Positions 1 through 9,869 of a stretch of DNA of 58,420 nucleotides are shown one piece after another. Below the pieces are notes generated by a model that was given only the letters and a program-made list of their open reading frames with translations, made no database searches and was not told the DNA's origin. A program made the position numbers and the translations under genes. Source of the stretch: Myxococcota bacterium (GTDB taxonomy: Bacteria > Myxococcota_A > SURF-8 > G963663525); assembly GCA_963676915.2 (NCBI GenBank), contig CAXXVK010000055.1:1-58420 (forward strand), given 5' to 3'. The stretch's first letter is position 1. Each line of letters begins with the position of its first letter.

Positions 1-403
1 CGAGACTTGATTGATAAAGGAGGTTCAATCAACACTGAACTTACAAACAAAGATGAGCCCACATTTCTATTGAATTTCAAGTTGGCTAGCAAACCTGCAG
101 ATAGGAAAAGCAGTGACTGAAGTGGTTTCATATTGTGAAAGATTCAACCTGTTCGATATTATTCTTAGTGGAATATATACTAGGCATTACTGTAGGATGG
201 TCCATGATTTATCTTGGTTATCTGCAGCGACGGGAGGAAAACCAAGGCAAGGTTAAAATTAGCAAAGAATATCGCTTCACATTCCGACCAAAAGGAAAGC
301 ATGGGCTAAAGGAATCCTACTATCCTTTGCATTAGTTACAGTTAACCGGTACGAGAAAGAGCAAACATAACCAGTTTCCTTCACGACTCAATAGAGATAA
401 CGA

Positions 404-432
404 TTGACATCATACCGACCGGTTGGTATGTT
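404..432 (+). promoter_or_regulatory. Sigma70-type promoter with overlapping palindromic operator (probable TetR autoregulatory site)
   Basis: TTGACA at 404-409, 17-bp spacer, TATGTT at 427-432. Near-perfect 20-bp palindrome CATACCGACCGGTTGGTATG at 411-430. Confidence 0.7.
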
Positions 433-437
433 TAGAT

Positions 438-1040
438 ATGAAGACCTCCGAAACACAACCTGGAACCCGCGAGCGTTTGATTCTCGCCATGCTGGACCGA
501 CTCCAACGACAAGGCTTTCATGGTGTCGGCATTCAAGAGGTGTATCGAGCGGCAAACGTTTCCAAGGGCGCTTTGTATCACTACTTTCCCGGCGGAAAAA
601 CGGACCTGGCTATTGCCGCGGTTCAACACGCTCTCTCCTTCGTGCAGGAGCAATTCAGTAAGTTCGCAAAAGAGAAAAACGATCCCGCCTCCATCCTTGA
701 AGCGTGGTTTACTAAAACTCAGCGCCAGCTTGTGAAAAGCGGTTTCGAACGAGGTTGTCCTTTGGCCACCATCGCTTTGGAGACGACTTCTCAGGATGAT
801 CGGCTGAGAGGCGCTTTGAATCAAGCCTTTGAACAGTTGAGAGAAACAATCTGTGAGATGTTGATAAAAGCCAATATGAATCACGCTCGTGCCCGGCAGT
901 TGACCATGTTGATCGTTTCATACTACGAGGGTTCATTGATGCAGGCGCGTGTATCGGAACGTATTGATCCCATTGAAGAAACCCAATCGATCCTCATTTC
1001 GCTCATTCGATCCGAGTTGGCATCGGTGAAGAACGATTGA
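438..1040 (+). CDS. TetR/AcrR family transcriptional regulator
   Basis: N-terminal HTH (GFHGVGIQEVYRAANVSKGALYHYFPGGK) and C-terminal GCP motif. Start taken at ATG 438; the ORF track starts at 423. Confidence 0.93.
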   Translation: MKTSETQPGTRERLILAMLDRLQRQGFHGVGIQEVYRAANVSKGALYHYFPGGKTDLAIAAVQHALSFVQEQFSKFAKEKNDPASILEAWFTKTQRQLVKSGFERGCPLATIALETTSQDDRLRGALNQAFEQLRETICEMLIKANMNHARARQLTMLIVSYYEGSLMQARVSERIDPIEETQSILISLIRSELASVKND

Positions 1041-1065
1041 GTCAAATTCCAAGAAAGGTGAGGTC

Positions 1066-3414
1066 ATGACGGAATGGAAAACAACCAGTTGCGCGCTTTG
1101 TGCTCAAAATTGCGGACTGTTGGTTCAGGTCGAAAACAACCGCATCGTCAAGGTCAAGCCCGACAAATCCAATCCGAGAAGCCGTGGCTACGCCTGCCGC
1201 AAAGGGTTGAAAATCAAGCACTTCCAGCATCATGCCGATCGACTGACACATCCATTGAAAAGACGGATCAAGGTTTCGAAAAGATAAGCTGGGATCAGGC
1301 AACCTCTGAAATCGCAGAAAAACTAGGTACAATAATTCAAAAATATGGCCCAAAGTCCTACGCTTATATCGGAGGTGGAGGACAAGGTTGCCATTTTGAA
1401 GCTGCCTTCGGTACAGCGCTCATGAAAGCTATAGGCTCCCGCTATCATTATAATGCCGTGGCGCAGGAGTTGACCGGGTATTTCTGGGCCTGCGGAAGGA
1501 TGCTTGGTCGCCAGAACCATTTCTCCATTCCTGACGAGCAGGCCGCCGACATGTTGTTGGCGATAGGCTGGAACGGCGTGGCGTCGCATCAAGCACCACG
1601 TGCACCGCTGATGCTGAAAAAATTCTCCCGAGAGCCAGATAAAAAGCTGGTGGCGATCGATCCGAGGAAGTCGGAAACCGCCCAGCTTGCCAATACGCAT
1701 ATCGCGCTTGCTCCGGGAACCGATGCCCTACTGGCCAAAAGCATGATTGCCATCATCTTGCGGGAAGGCTGGGAAAACACGTCCTACCTTGAGAAACACT
1801 GCACGGGTTTCGATTCGATTCGCCCATGGTTCGCCAACGTGGACATCGATCGAAGCCTGGAAATCTGCGAAGTGCCAAAAGATCAAATTTACGAACTCTG
1901 CAAGGAGCTAAGCACTCGGAAATGGTGCATGCACACCGATCTGGGCGTGTACATGAACCGCCATAGCACCTTGGCAACCTACTTATACATGGTACTCGCC
2001 GCCGTGTGCGGCAGATTTTGCGTTCCGGGTGGTAATGTCATTCCGGGAATCATCATGCCACTGGGTTCTCACACCGACGAGAGGGACGAAAAGAATTGGC
2101 GGTGCCAAACCACCGATTTTCCAGCGCTGATGGGCTATTTTCCACCGAATGTGCTGCCGGAGGAAATTCTGTCGGATCACCCGGAGCGGACTCGTGCCGT
2201 GCTTTGCAGCAATGCCAATCCACTGCGATCCTACGCGGATACAACTGCCTATGAAAAGGCTTTCGAACGGCTGGACCTGAGCGTGACCATCGATGTTGCC
2301 ATGACCGAAACAGCGCGGATGTCCGATTATGTGCTTCCGGCGAAAAGTCCCTATGAGAAATACGACGGGACGTTTTTCCCCTGGAACTTTCCCGAAGTCT
2401 ATTTCCAGCTGCGCCAACCGGTCGTCGAAAGTGAAGGAGAGCAAAAAGAAGAAGGCGAGATTTACACGGCGTTGGCGAAGAAAATGGGGGTTATTACCCA
2501 ACTTTCCGCAGGTCATTACGCAATGCGGTGAAGGGGAATCGTCGAGATTTCGCCGCCGCTTTGGCTGCCTTCATCTTGAAAAATCGAAAAGCGATAAAGG
2601 TCTTGCCGCTCATCCTTGCTGACACATTGGGGAGAGAAATCGCTTCAACGCATCTCGCCGCCGCCTGGGGGGTCATGTTCGCCTTGCCGAATCGCGTGCG
2701 AGACTATACGGCGCGGGTCGGCATGGGAGCACCCTCTAAATTGGAGACGACACTGTCTCCTGCGAATATCAGCCGAGCCGTGGGGAGTGCCCTGAAGCAT
2801 CGCAGCCCGGCGGCTCTGGTCCATCTCGTGCCTCAATTAACACACGCCGAGTTCCTTTTCGAAACCGTTCTAGCGCATCCCGAAGGATTGTGGTTTGGCA
2901 AAACCGACCCGGAAAACAATTTTTCCGAGCTTCGCACCGATGACCGCAAGGTGCATCTGTACATTCCCGAAATGGAGGAATGGCTCAACGAGATTACCCC
3001 GGAAAACGAAGAAAAGGCGCTTCGATCCGATCCCGAATTCCTCCTTTGATTTTAAGTTCCGGCAGTCACTCCCCGAACAATGCGAACACCAACATGCGCG
3101 ATCCGGTCTGGAATTCCGGTCGACGCGCCTGCACGCTTGCCATGCATCCCGCCGATGCGGAAAACCTTGGAGTTTCCGATGGTGAAACGGTACGTGTCAT
3201 GACAATCGCGGGAGCAGAAGATATCGAGCTGGAAGTGACAGATCGAATGCGTCCGGGAATGGTGCTTCTACCTCACGGCTTTGGTCTTGAGTTCGATGGG
3301 CATACTTACGGAGCCAACGCCAACAGACTGACTCCGGCCAAGCATAGGGATCGGTTTGCCGCTACCCCGTACCATCGGAACATCCCGTGCAGGGTGGAAA
3401 AGATAACAACATGA
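1066..3414 (+). pseudogene. Molybdopterin-dependent oxidoreductase (DMSO-reductase superfamily) split by three frameshifts
   Basis: Four consecutive ORFs give the expected domain order: 1066-1287 4Fe-4S motif CALCAQNC...C; 1074-2531 catalytic core (IDPRKSETA, NANP, SDYVLPA); 2528-3049 middle; 2980-3414 Mo-bisPGD C-terminal domain (MHPADAENLGV, NANRLT). Breaks near 1260, 2500 and 3045. True decay and assembly error cannot be distinguished. Confidence 0.85.
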
Positions 3415-4126
3415 GGGAACAGGACTCAGCACAGAATTGATACTCTTGAGACTATTCTCGTTTTTAGCAAGTGAATTCCGATTGTGAAATTTGTACAATC
3501 ACAAAAATACGTGCTCATTGCGAACAAATAGCTCCAGGTTTCTCTGGTAACCTGGAAAGCTTCGGACCCAATCAAGGTGTCTTCATTTCAACATCGAATT
3601 TCTCCAACCCTGTGTGAACTGCTATCAACGAACATCACAAGCATTTGCTATCTGTTGCCGGAAAGTTTGACGGAGGAAAACCAATAAATCTGAATAGTAG
3701 GAAAGACTCTAAAACAGTTCCTTGATTGCCCTATTGTTTTAATGGATTATTATTTCATGCACCAACTTAGTCTATATTGGATGTCAACAATATCCATTAT
3801 ATAAGAAATCAAGACCACCAAACGCTGGCTTCCCAAGCTTTACTTCTTTGCTAGTCGAATCTGTATGAAGATATACCTGATTCAATTCAAGCTCGTCCAA
3901 CGGTCGCTACGGAGAATGGCACTTCAATCACATCAAGAAATAAATGGTCAAGTATCTCTCTCTGCAAGACCAGTCCCACTTCTTTATATCGACGTAGCTT
4001 ATCAGGATACACGCAAAGAAGTCGACAGCAAAACGTGAGACAGGCATCTTTTTCAAGGCAATACAAATCACACATCAAGGGATTTCCCGCATCAAGCCAA
4101 TAATAATGACTCCTACCATTTTTCTA

Positions 4127-4170
4127 TTGACTAGCAATATAATTCACTCTATACTTGAAATTACAGGAGA
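4127..4170 (+). promoter_or_regulatory. Near-consensus sigma70 promoter and RBS for the 4180-8222 cassette
   Basis: TTGACT (4127-4132), 17 bp, TATACT (4150-4155); AGGAGA RBS at about 4165-4170 before ATG 4180. Confidence 0.7.
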
Positions 4171-4179
4171 ATAAATACC

Positions 4180-5193
4180 ATGTCCAAAAATATACAAAAT
4201 ACTGAAATTACTAATAAAAATATTTTTTCACATCCCACCTTACGATCCTACTTGGATTCTATTCGACAAAAATATAAATTAAAAGAGGTAGCTACCAAGG
4301 CAGGCGTTTCCTATCAAGCCGTTGGATTTATTTTCTCAGACAAGAAAGAGCACTGGGTTCTCGGTCATCTGTCGGGGTTTAAAAAAGCTTTCAAATTAAA
4401 AAAGGAAGAAGGAGCGTATTTCGAGCTCCTGGCTATTTTAGCTGCGTATCCATACGAGAAAAAAACCGCTCCTCTACTCAAGCGTGCTTTCCATCTGGCT
4501 GGACGTCTTGAAGCAGTGATGAACACCGATCAAGAGGTTGCCTCGAGTCTCGTATACTGGATCGATCCACTTTGTGCTGTTTTGCGAAACGCAGTGGAAT
4601 TGCATGGGTTTCCGGCAGAAGAATCGGGGATTCCCGGATGGATTAGCGATAGGGTTGCAACGATTGAAGCTTTGAATTCAAGCGCAACCAAAAGCTTTGC
4701 CCAGCGGATCGTGACCTCGTGGTCCTGGCTGAAAAAGATGCAAGCGGTCTCTTTCAGCGAAGAGAAACAGCGATGGGTAAAAACAAATCCGATGGTAGTT
4801 TCCGAAGGCAGGTTCGGTCCGGACTTGCAAGACCTGCGCTCGGCAATCTTTTCCATCGTTTTCTTAAATCTTTTCAATGATTTCTCGCGGGACTTGAATT
4901 CCTCCCGCATCCTTGTTACGAAGTTCGGCAACTTCACCATCTCCAGCAAAAACCTCAATCTAGTGAAAGAATTGTGTACGGACTTTGTTGTCGAAACCGT
5001 AAAAAAATTGAACTACGCCTGCAATAAGGAAGATCTCAAACAGTTGAAAAAAGAAGATCCTGCTTACTATCAAGCAGTATTGGACTATCAAAAAAGTCTG
5101 ACAGCTCGCGGTTTCGAAATACACACCGGAACCAACGAGGATGTGGACACTTCCGTTCAGCTCGTCCTGGCGGCAAGGAAGTTGCTGGCATGA
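4180..5193 (+). CDS. TIGR02147-like HTH protein (putative regulator)
   Basis: XRE-like N-terminus (LKEVATKAGVSYQAVGFIFS) followed by FKLKKEEGAYFELL, the pattern I recognise from TIGR02147/DUF4423 proteins. Its stop overlaps the next start (ATGA). Confidence 0.6.
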   Translation: MSKNIQNTEITNKNIFSHPTLRSYLDSIRQKYKLKEVATKAGVSYQAVGFIFSDKKEHWVLGHLSGFKKAFKLKKEEGAYFELLAILAAYPYEKKTAPLLKRAFHLAGRLEAVMNTDQEVASSLVYWIDPLCAVLRNAVELHGFPAEESGIPGWISDRVATIEALNSSATKSFAQRIVTSWSWLKKMQAVSFSEEKQRWVKTNPMVVSEGRFGPDLQDLRSAIFSIVFLNLFNDFSRDLNSSRILVTKFGNFTISSKNLNLVKELCTDFVVETVKKLNYACNKEDLKQLKKEDPAYYQAVLDYQKSLTARGFEIHTGTNEDVDTSVQLVLAARKLLA

Positions 5194-6767
5194 AACCGTT
5201 CATTTCTATCATTGTTTTGATCTCTTTTTTGGCTTTTGCAATGCAGTCTTGCAACGGAGAAGACAACGGGAATTCAGAGGCGAATACCTCTGGAGACACT
5301 GAACTTGCGATTGTCGAATCAGACAAGACAACCCCTGGAAATCGAGTTTTGTCCTTCGAAGATTCGACGGGGGAAGGCGATGAAATCCACATCGTTGTTG
5401 AGGCGCAAGATTTCGATTTTTCCACGTTGTTAAGACTCGCCACCTTTTTGGATGAAGACGGAACGATTCTCCAAACAAACAAAGGGAACGTTAAAATCGA
5501 TACAACGCGAGACTGGACTACCATTATTCTCAAAAACGCTCCCTCCGATTTTGCCAAGATCGATTTTTGGTTTGATGGATTTTACCTCGGAGGAGGGGAT
5601 GTCGGTGGATTCGGCACGGCTGACCTGGGTGGAGGAGATGTCGGTGGCCACGGTATCGAAAATCTTGGTGGTGGAGATGTTGGCGGGTTGGATGTCAATA
5701 ATCTCGGTGGAGGAGACGTCGGCGGACTGGAAACCGTTGGGATTATCATTCCTCATTTCGTTTTAACCCGAAATCAGGATGTTCGATGGAATTCCGTGTC
5801 ATTGAGAATTCCCGTAGAGCAAACCCAATTTGTGGATTCCAACCAGCGCAAGATTTTTGCGCAAACGGTGGTCGGCAATTCGAAAGTTTTCCAGGAAGAA
5901 ACGCTTGCCGGAATAGGCGATGCGGAAAGTACCGCACTTCTCAACAACCGTTGGCCCGCCGTCGTGTCAGGACAGCAAAAATGTTACGATTCGTTGGGAG
6001 TTGTAATGGCTTGTCCAGGTACCGCAGGGACAAGCGAATGCGTCGAATCGGCCTATTGCGGCCAAGATGCCCAGTATGCAATGGACAGAGGCTGGCTGTT
6101 TCCAGATGAATCGACGGTTTACGATCCGGCAACCCAGTTGACATGGTTGCGAGAACCGGTTCAATGTGGAGGCCAAGGATGTTCGTATGAAGAGGCAAAC
6201 GACTATTGCGCTTCCCAGCAAATGCGTCTTCCAAACCTCTGGGAGGCTCGTACCATTCTTGATTTTGGACGTTCTCGACCTGTTTTACCTGAAGAATTCG
6301 GCTCTTTGGATGATTTACTATGGACGGCTCCACTTCCCGGCAGCGATGTCGAGGGTTGGGTCATTGATCTAGCGACAGGTAAACCTAAACCAAACGAAGC
6401 CACGACAGAGGGAATCACCGTTTGCGTTCAAGGAAAAGAATTTACCGAGTATGAGGATATCTTTCCGAATCAAGCCGATACGCTTTCCGGTTTGATGTGG
6501 AACCACTTGACTACTACACACGATTGGGAAAGTGCCTTATCGGCCTGTGAAAGTTCTGTGAATTTAGGCTTTTCGGATTGGCGTTTGCCGAATATTGCCG
6601 AACTTTCTCTGTTGCTGTTCCGCGAATCGCTCGAACTGGAAAGTACATGGAGTTCGACCACGTTTGATGATCAGCCGGCAGAGGCATGGGTGCTATCTCC
6701 TCCTGGATGGGACACAAAGCCGAAAACAGACCAAAAGTCAGTGTATTGCGTAAGAACGATTCCATAG
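5190..6767 (+). CDS. Lipoprotein with LGGGDVGG repeats and two DUF1566 (Lcl C-terminal-like) domains
   Basis: Lipobox AMQSC; SGQQKCYD...GQDAQY motif; DPATQLTW...RLPNLWE and DTLSGLMW...DWRLPNIAEL DUF1566 signatures. Confidence 0.8.
   Translation: MKPFISIIVLISFLAFAMQSCNGEDNGNSEANTSGDTELAIVESDKTTPGNRVLSFEDSTGEGDEIHIVVEAQDFDFSTLLRLATFLDEDGTILQTNKGNVKIDTTRDWTTIILKNAPSDFAKIDFWFDGFYLGGGDVGGFGTADLGGGDVGGHGIENLGGGDVGGLDVNNLGGGDVGGLETVGIIIPHFVLTRNQDVRWNSVSLRIPVEQTQFVDSNQRKIFAQTVVGNSKVFQEETLAGIGDAESTALLNNRWPAVVSGQQKCYDSLGVVMACPGTAGTSECVESAYCGQDAQYAMDRGWLFPDESTVYDPATQLTWLREPVQCGGQGCSYEEANDYCASQQMRLPNLWEARTILDFGRSRPVLPEEFGSLDDLLWTAPLPGSDVEGWVIDLATGKPKPNEATTEGITVCVQGKEFTEYEDIFPNQADTLSGLMWNHLTTTHDWESALSACESSVNLGFSDWRLPNIAELSLLLFRESLELESTWSSTTFDDQPAEAWVLSPPGWDTKPKTDQKSVYCVRTIP
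5586..5727 (+). repeat. Four tandem 39-bp (13-aa) repeats encoding LGGGDVGG
   Basis: Protein reads LGGGDVGGFGTAD LGGGDVGGHGIEN LGGGDVGGLDVNN LGGGDVGG; synonymous codons differ between copies. Confidence 0.9.
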
Positions 6768-6807
6768 CTTGGTCGTCATGGGGAAGAATTCAACATAGGA
6801 GATTGCA

Positions 6808-7347
6808 ATGAAGAATTTCGCTTCGAAGTATTCATGGACGATTAGTGGAGTGATTGTCCTCGCCATTTTGATGATGTATCCCTCTCAAGCCAAATCCACG
6901 GTTACGAAGTGGTGGAAAATCTCTCCAAACACTTGTGCGATTTCCACATTGGGAAGTGACTTGGACCAGGCTGACAATGCCGACCTGTACAGCGACCTTT
7001 CCATTCAGTCCAGTTTGTCCGGAGCTATTTCCATTAGTGCCCATTGCCCTGTCTTCCTACCGGACGGCGTAACCGCCAACAAACTGCGTATCAGAACCTT
7101 TCAAGCAGGTGGAATTCCAAGCTATAGCGATGTCACGGTTCGATTGCGTCGCACGTCATGGAGTGGAAGTACTTACACGCTCGCAACAGCCTATATGTCT
7201 GAAGGTTATACCTACGACGACTATAACTTCACCACAACCATCGACAATGAGGATTATGAGTACGGTCTCCACATTACGCTGTACAAAGGAAATTCGGCGA
7301 CTTCGGAACCCGAACTTGGAATGATCGAAATCCGTTACGAGGAATAG
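6808..7347 (+). CDS. Secreted hypothetical protein (beta-rich)
   Basis: AGGAGA RBS, signal peptide, PVFLPDGVT...TIDNEDYEY pattern. Confidence 0.75.
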   Translation: MKNFASKYSWTISGVIVLAILMMYPSQAKSTVTKWWKISPNTCAISTLGSDLDQADNADLYSDLSIQSSLSGAISISAHCPVFLPDGVTANKLRIRTFQAGGIPSYSDVTVRLRRTSWSGSTYTLATAYMSEGYTYDDYNFTTTIDNEDYEYGLHITLYKGNSATSEPELGMIEIRYEE

Positions 7348-7373
7348 CAGCAAACCTGGCAAAGGAGACGGTC

Positions 7374-8222
7374 ATGAAATTCTCCACATTTTTCAAGATA
7401 TGCCTAGGAATGACCTTGTGGTTTGCGCTGGTGAATAATGCCGTAGCGGAAGAACAGATTTCCCCCAACACGGGTGATTCTTCATTCTGTGATTTGGAGA
7501 CGTGGAAACAAACCTGCGAGGTTGGCTGTCCGGACGGATATGCCCACGATGAAAACGGTTGTCCTATCTGCGAATGTTTTTCGCCACTTTTGGAGCACGA
7601 AGACAGCGTATGTGGTCGTTCGCCCATTTGCCGCGTTCATTGCAAAGAATACGCTAAAGATCAATACGGATGTGCGACGTGCGAATGCGCTGAGGAAAAC
7701 GTTTCGGACCTTTCCTTTGTGGCAGAAAGAGAAGAGATAGAGGCAACATGCAATATCTCTCTGTTCAAGGAGTCTTGTACGTTGGGTTGTCCTTCGGGCT
7801 ATGCACATGATTCTCGCGGTTGCCCGGTGTGCGAGTGTTTTGTAAGTCCCTCTGACTTTCTTTCACGTTGCGGTTCACCAGTCACTTGTGCGACAAAATG
7901 TAAAAACTTTAAGTCGGACGATGAGGGTTGTCCAACGTGCCAATGCTCCGAAGAAGACCTCCTCGTACTGAGGTCTACGAGCATTTCTCAGCCATCACCA
8001 AGAGAGTTAAACGAAATCTCGTGCGATTTCTCAACGTTCAAGGAAACCTGCTCTATTGGGTGCCCAAACGGTTATTCTCATGATGAAAACGGTTGCCCTG
8101 TTTGTCAATGTTTCGAAAAACCTGGAGAAGATCGAAACAGGTGTGAAACCATGGTTTGCGACCGCCGATGTGAGAATTACAGGATTGACGATCATGGATG
8201 CCCAACGTGTGAGTGTAATTGA
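7374..8222 (+). CDS. Secreted Cys-rich protein with six antistasin-like repeats (putative protease inhibitor)
   Basis: Signal peptide ending AVA; six copies of C-x3-C-x(2-3)-[YF]-x2-D-x2-GC-x2-C-x-C. Confidence 0.8.
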   Translation: MKFSTFFKICLGMTLWFALVNNAVAEEQISPNTGDSSFCDLETWKQTCEVGCPDGYAHDENGCPICECFSPLLEHEDSVCGRSPICRVHCKEYAKDQYGCATCECAEENVSDLSFVAEREEIEATCNISLFKESCTLGCPSGYAHDSRGCPVCECFVSPSDFLSRCGSPVTCATKCKNFKSDDEGCPTCQCSEEDLLVLRSTSISQPSPRELNEISCDFSTFKETCSIGCPNGYSHDENGCPVCQCFEKPGEDRNRCETMVCDRRCENYRIDDHGCPTCECN

Positions 8223-8421
8223 TTCTTGTTTTCACAGAACTGCTTTCTTATGAGGTATAGATCGACGGGATCAAGCAACCCTTTGGGGTTTACCTTGTAA
8301 TTTATAGTAGTTATCGACTCCTTTGAGGAGTTGACTGAAATACTCCTGTTGTAAAATTTCTATTCTAGTGAATATTGTTACAAGCTTCATAGGATTTTCT
8401 TCTTGGGAAACAGATAGCATC

Positions 8422-9855
8422 ATGAATGAGAATGAATACCTGAAATCCGTTTCGAAAGAACATCGATACTTCACGGATAGAACCTCGGAAAACAACGGAG
8501 TTGATTTTCTTGGTTACAAAGAATCGGAGGCAAAGAAATTGCTTCATGAACTTCGAATCCAAAACATTCAGTTGGAAATGCAAAGAAGAAAGCTTCAAAA
8601 AGCAAAAGAAGATTTCGAAACATCACGCATGGAATATTTCAACTGGCGAAGGCATTCGCCGGAAACCAATAAAATTTCCGAACTCTGCAAATTAAATGAA
8701 CACAAGAGAAAACTGGAATATCAACTCCATCAGTCTCAGAAAATGGAATCTCTTGGTGAATTGGCCGGAGGAATTGCACATGATTTCAACAACATTCTGA
8801 CAGGTATTATCGGTTATTCGGAATTGGCTTTGGAAAATCTTCGTCCGAACGATCCCGTTTCAGAAATGCTGTTTGAAATCCTCAAGGCATCAGAAAGTGC
8901 CGCCACGGTAACTCGTCAACTTCTGAATTTTTCCAAAAAGCAGCAAATTGAAGCCGAGGTCACCAATCCAAACGATTTGCTTATGTCGATGGGGAAATTG
9001 CTTAAACAACTTATTGGAGAGAACATCGATTTGCGAATCATTCCTTGCATTTCGGACGTTCAGATAAAAATCAATCCCTGTCAGTTCGATCATATTCTCG
9101 TCAACCTTGCAGTCAATGCCCGTGACGCTATGCCTTTGGGCGGTCAACTGACTCTGGAAGCAGAGTTCGTCGAATTGGATGAAAATTCCATATCTTTTCA
9201 TGGAGATATTCCGTTCGGCGAGTATGTGCTGTTGAAAGTGTCTGATACTGGTTGCGGGATGAATCAGGAGGTCCGCGAACATCTTTTCGAACCTTTTTTC
9301 ACGACCAAAGAAAATGGGACTGGCTTAGGGCTGGCTATGGTCTATGGAGTCACGAAAAAAAATGGTGGATATATTCAAGTTGATTCTGAAGAAGGACAAG
9401 GCACGACTTTTAGAATCTATCTTCCCAAAGCGGATAAAAAACGAAATCCACTACAGAAAAAAATCGATATAAAAGAACATGGTGGCATAGAAACGATTTT
9501 TCTCGTAGAAGACGAGTTTATGGTTCGTAAAGTCGCCCAACGAATTTTAGAAAGGCAAGGATATCGCGTTTTTGCCTTTTCCAATGGCATTGATGCTCTC
9601 AAAGCATTGGAGTCGACAAAAGAATCCGTACATTTGCTGTTTACAGATTTGATTCTGCCAGGCATGAGTGGTCAGGATTTGGCTAAAAAAGTGAAACGTT
9701 TGAAACCTGAGATAAACATCCTATTTTCTTCTGGCCATACTCGAAAAGCTCCAGATCATTTTGATTTTAAAGATACTCACTTTCTGGATAAGCCTTATTC
9801 CTCATCGTCACTTTCCCATAAAGTAAGACAAATCCTTGATTCTGCCAGTATATGA
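8422..9855 (+). CDS. Hybrid histidine kinase/response regulator without a sensor domain
   Basis: QSQKMESLGELAGGIAHDFNN H-box, NARDAM N-box, DTGCGM, FFTTK, GTGLGL, and a C-terminal receiver (LLFTDLILP). Start uncertain (8368 or 8422). Confidence 0.9.
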   Translation: MNENEYLKSVSKEHRYFTDRTSENNGVDFLGYKESEAKKLLHELRIQNIQLEMQRRKLQKAKEDFETSRMEYFNWRRHSPETNKISELCKLNEHKRKLEYQLHQSQKMESLGELAGGIAHDFNNILTGIIGYSELALENLRPNDPVSEMLFEILKASESAATVTRQLLNFSKKQQIEAEVTNPNDLLMSMGKLLKQLIGENIDLRIIPCISDVQIKINPCQFDHILVNLAVNARDAMPLGGQLTLEAEFVELDENSISFHGDIPFGEYVLLKVSDTGCGMNQEVREHLFEPFFTTKENGTGLGLAMVYGVTKKNGGYIQVDSEEGQGTTFRIYLPKADKKRNPLQKKIDIKEHGGIETIFLVEDEFMVRKVAQRILERQGYRVFAFSNGIDALKALESTKESVHLLFTDLILPGMSGQDLAKKVKRLKPEINILFSSGHTRKAPDHFDFKDTHFLDKPYSSSSLSHKVRQILDSASI

Positions 9856-9869
9856 CGATTCTTCGTTTT

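Noticed and set aside
19-28. GGAGGTTCAA matches the tRNA-His T-arm and could be a third att
   Set aside because: Only 10 bp, opposite orientation to the att copies, and no extension; consistent with chance.
3887-4078. Short minus-strand ORF faintly like a serine-recombinase C-terminus (QREILDHLF)
   Set aside because: No catalytic or Zn-ribbon motif; too short to support.
5190-6767. DUF1566/C-lectin-fold protein as a diversity-generating retroelement target
   Set aside because: No reverse transcriptase and no template/variable repeat pair with adenine-specific mismatches seen in the window.
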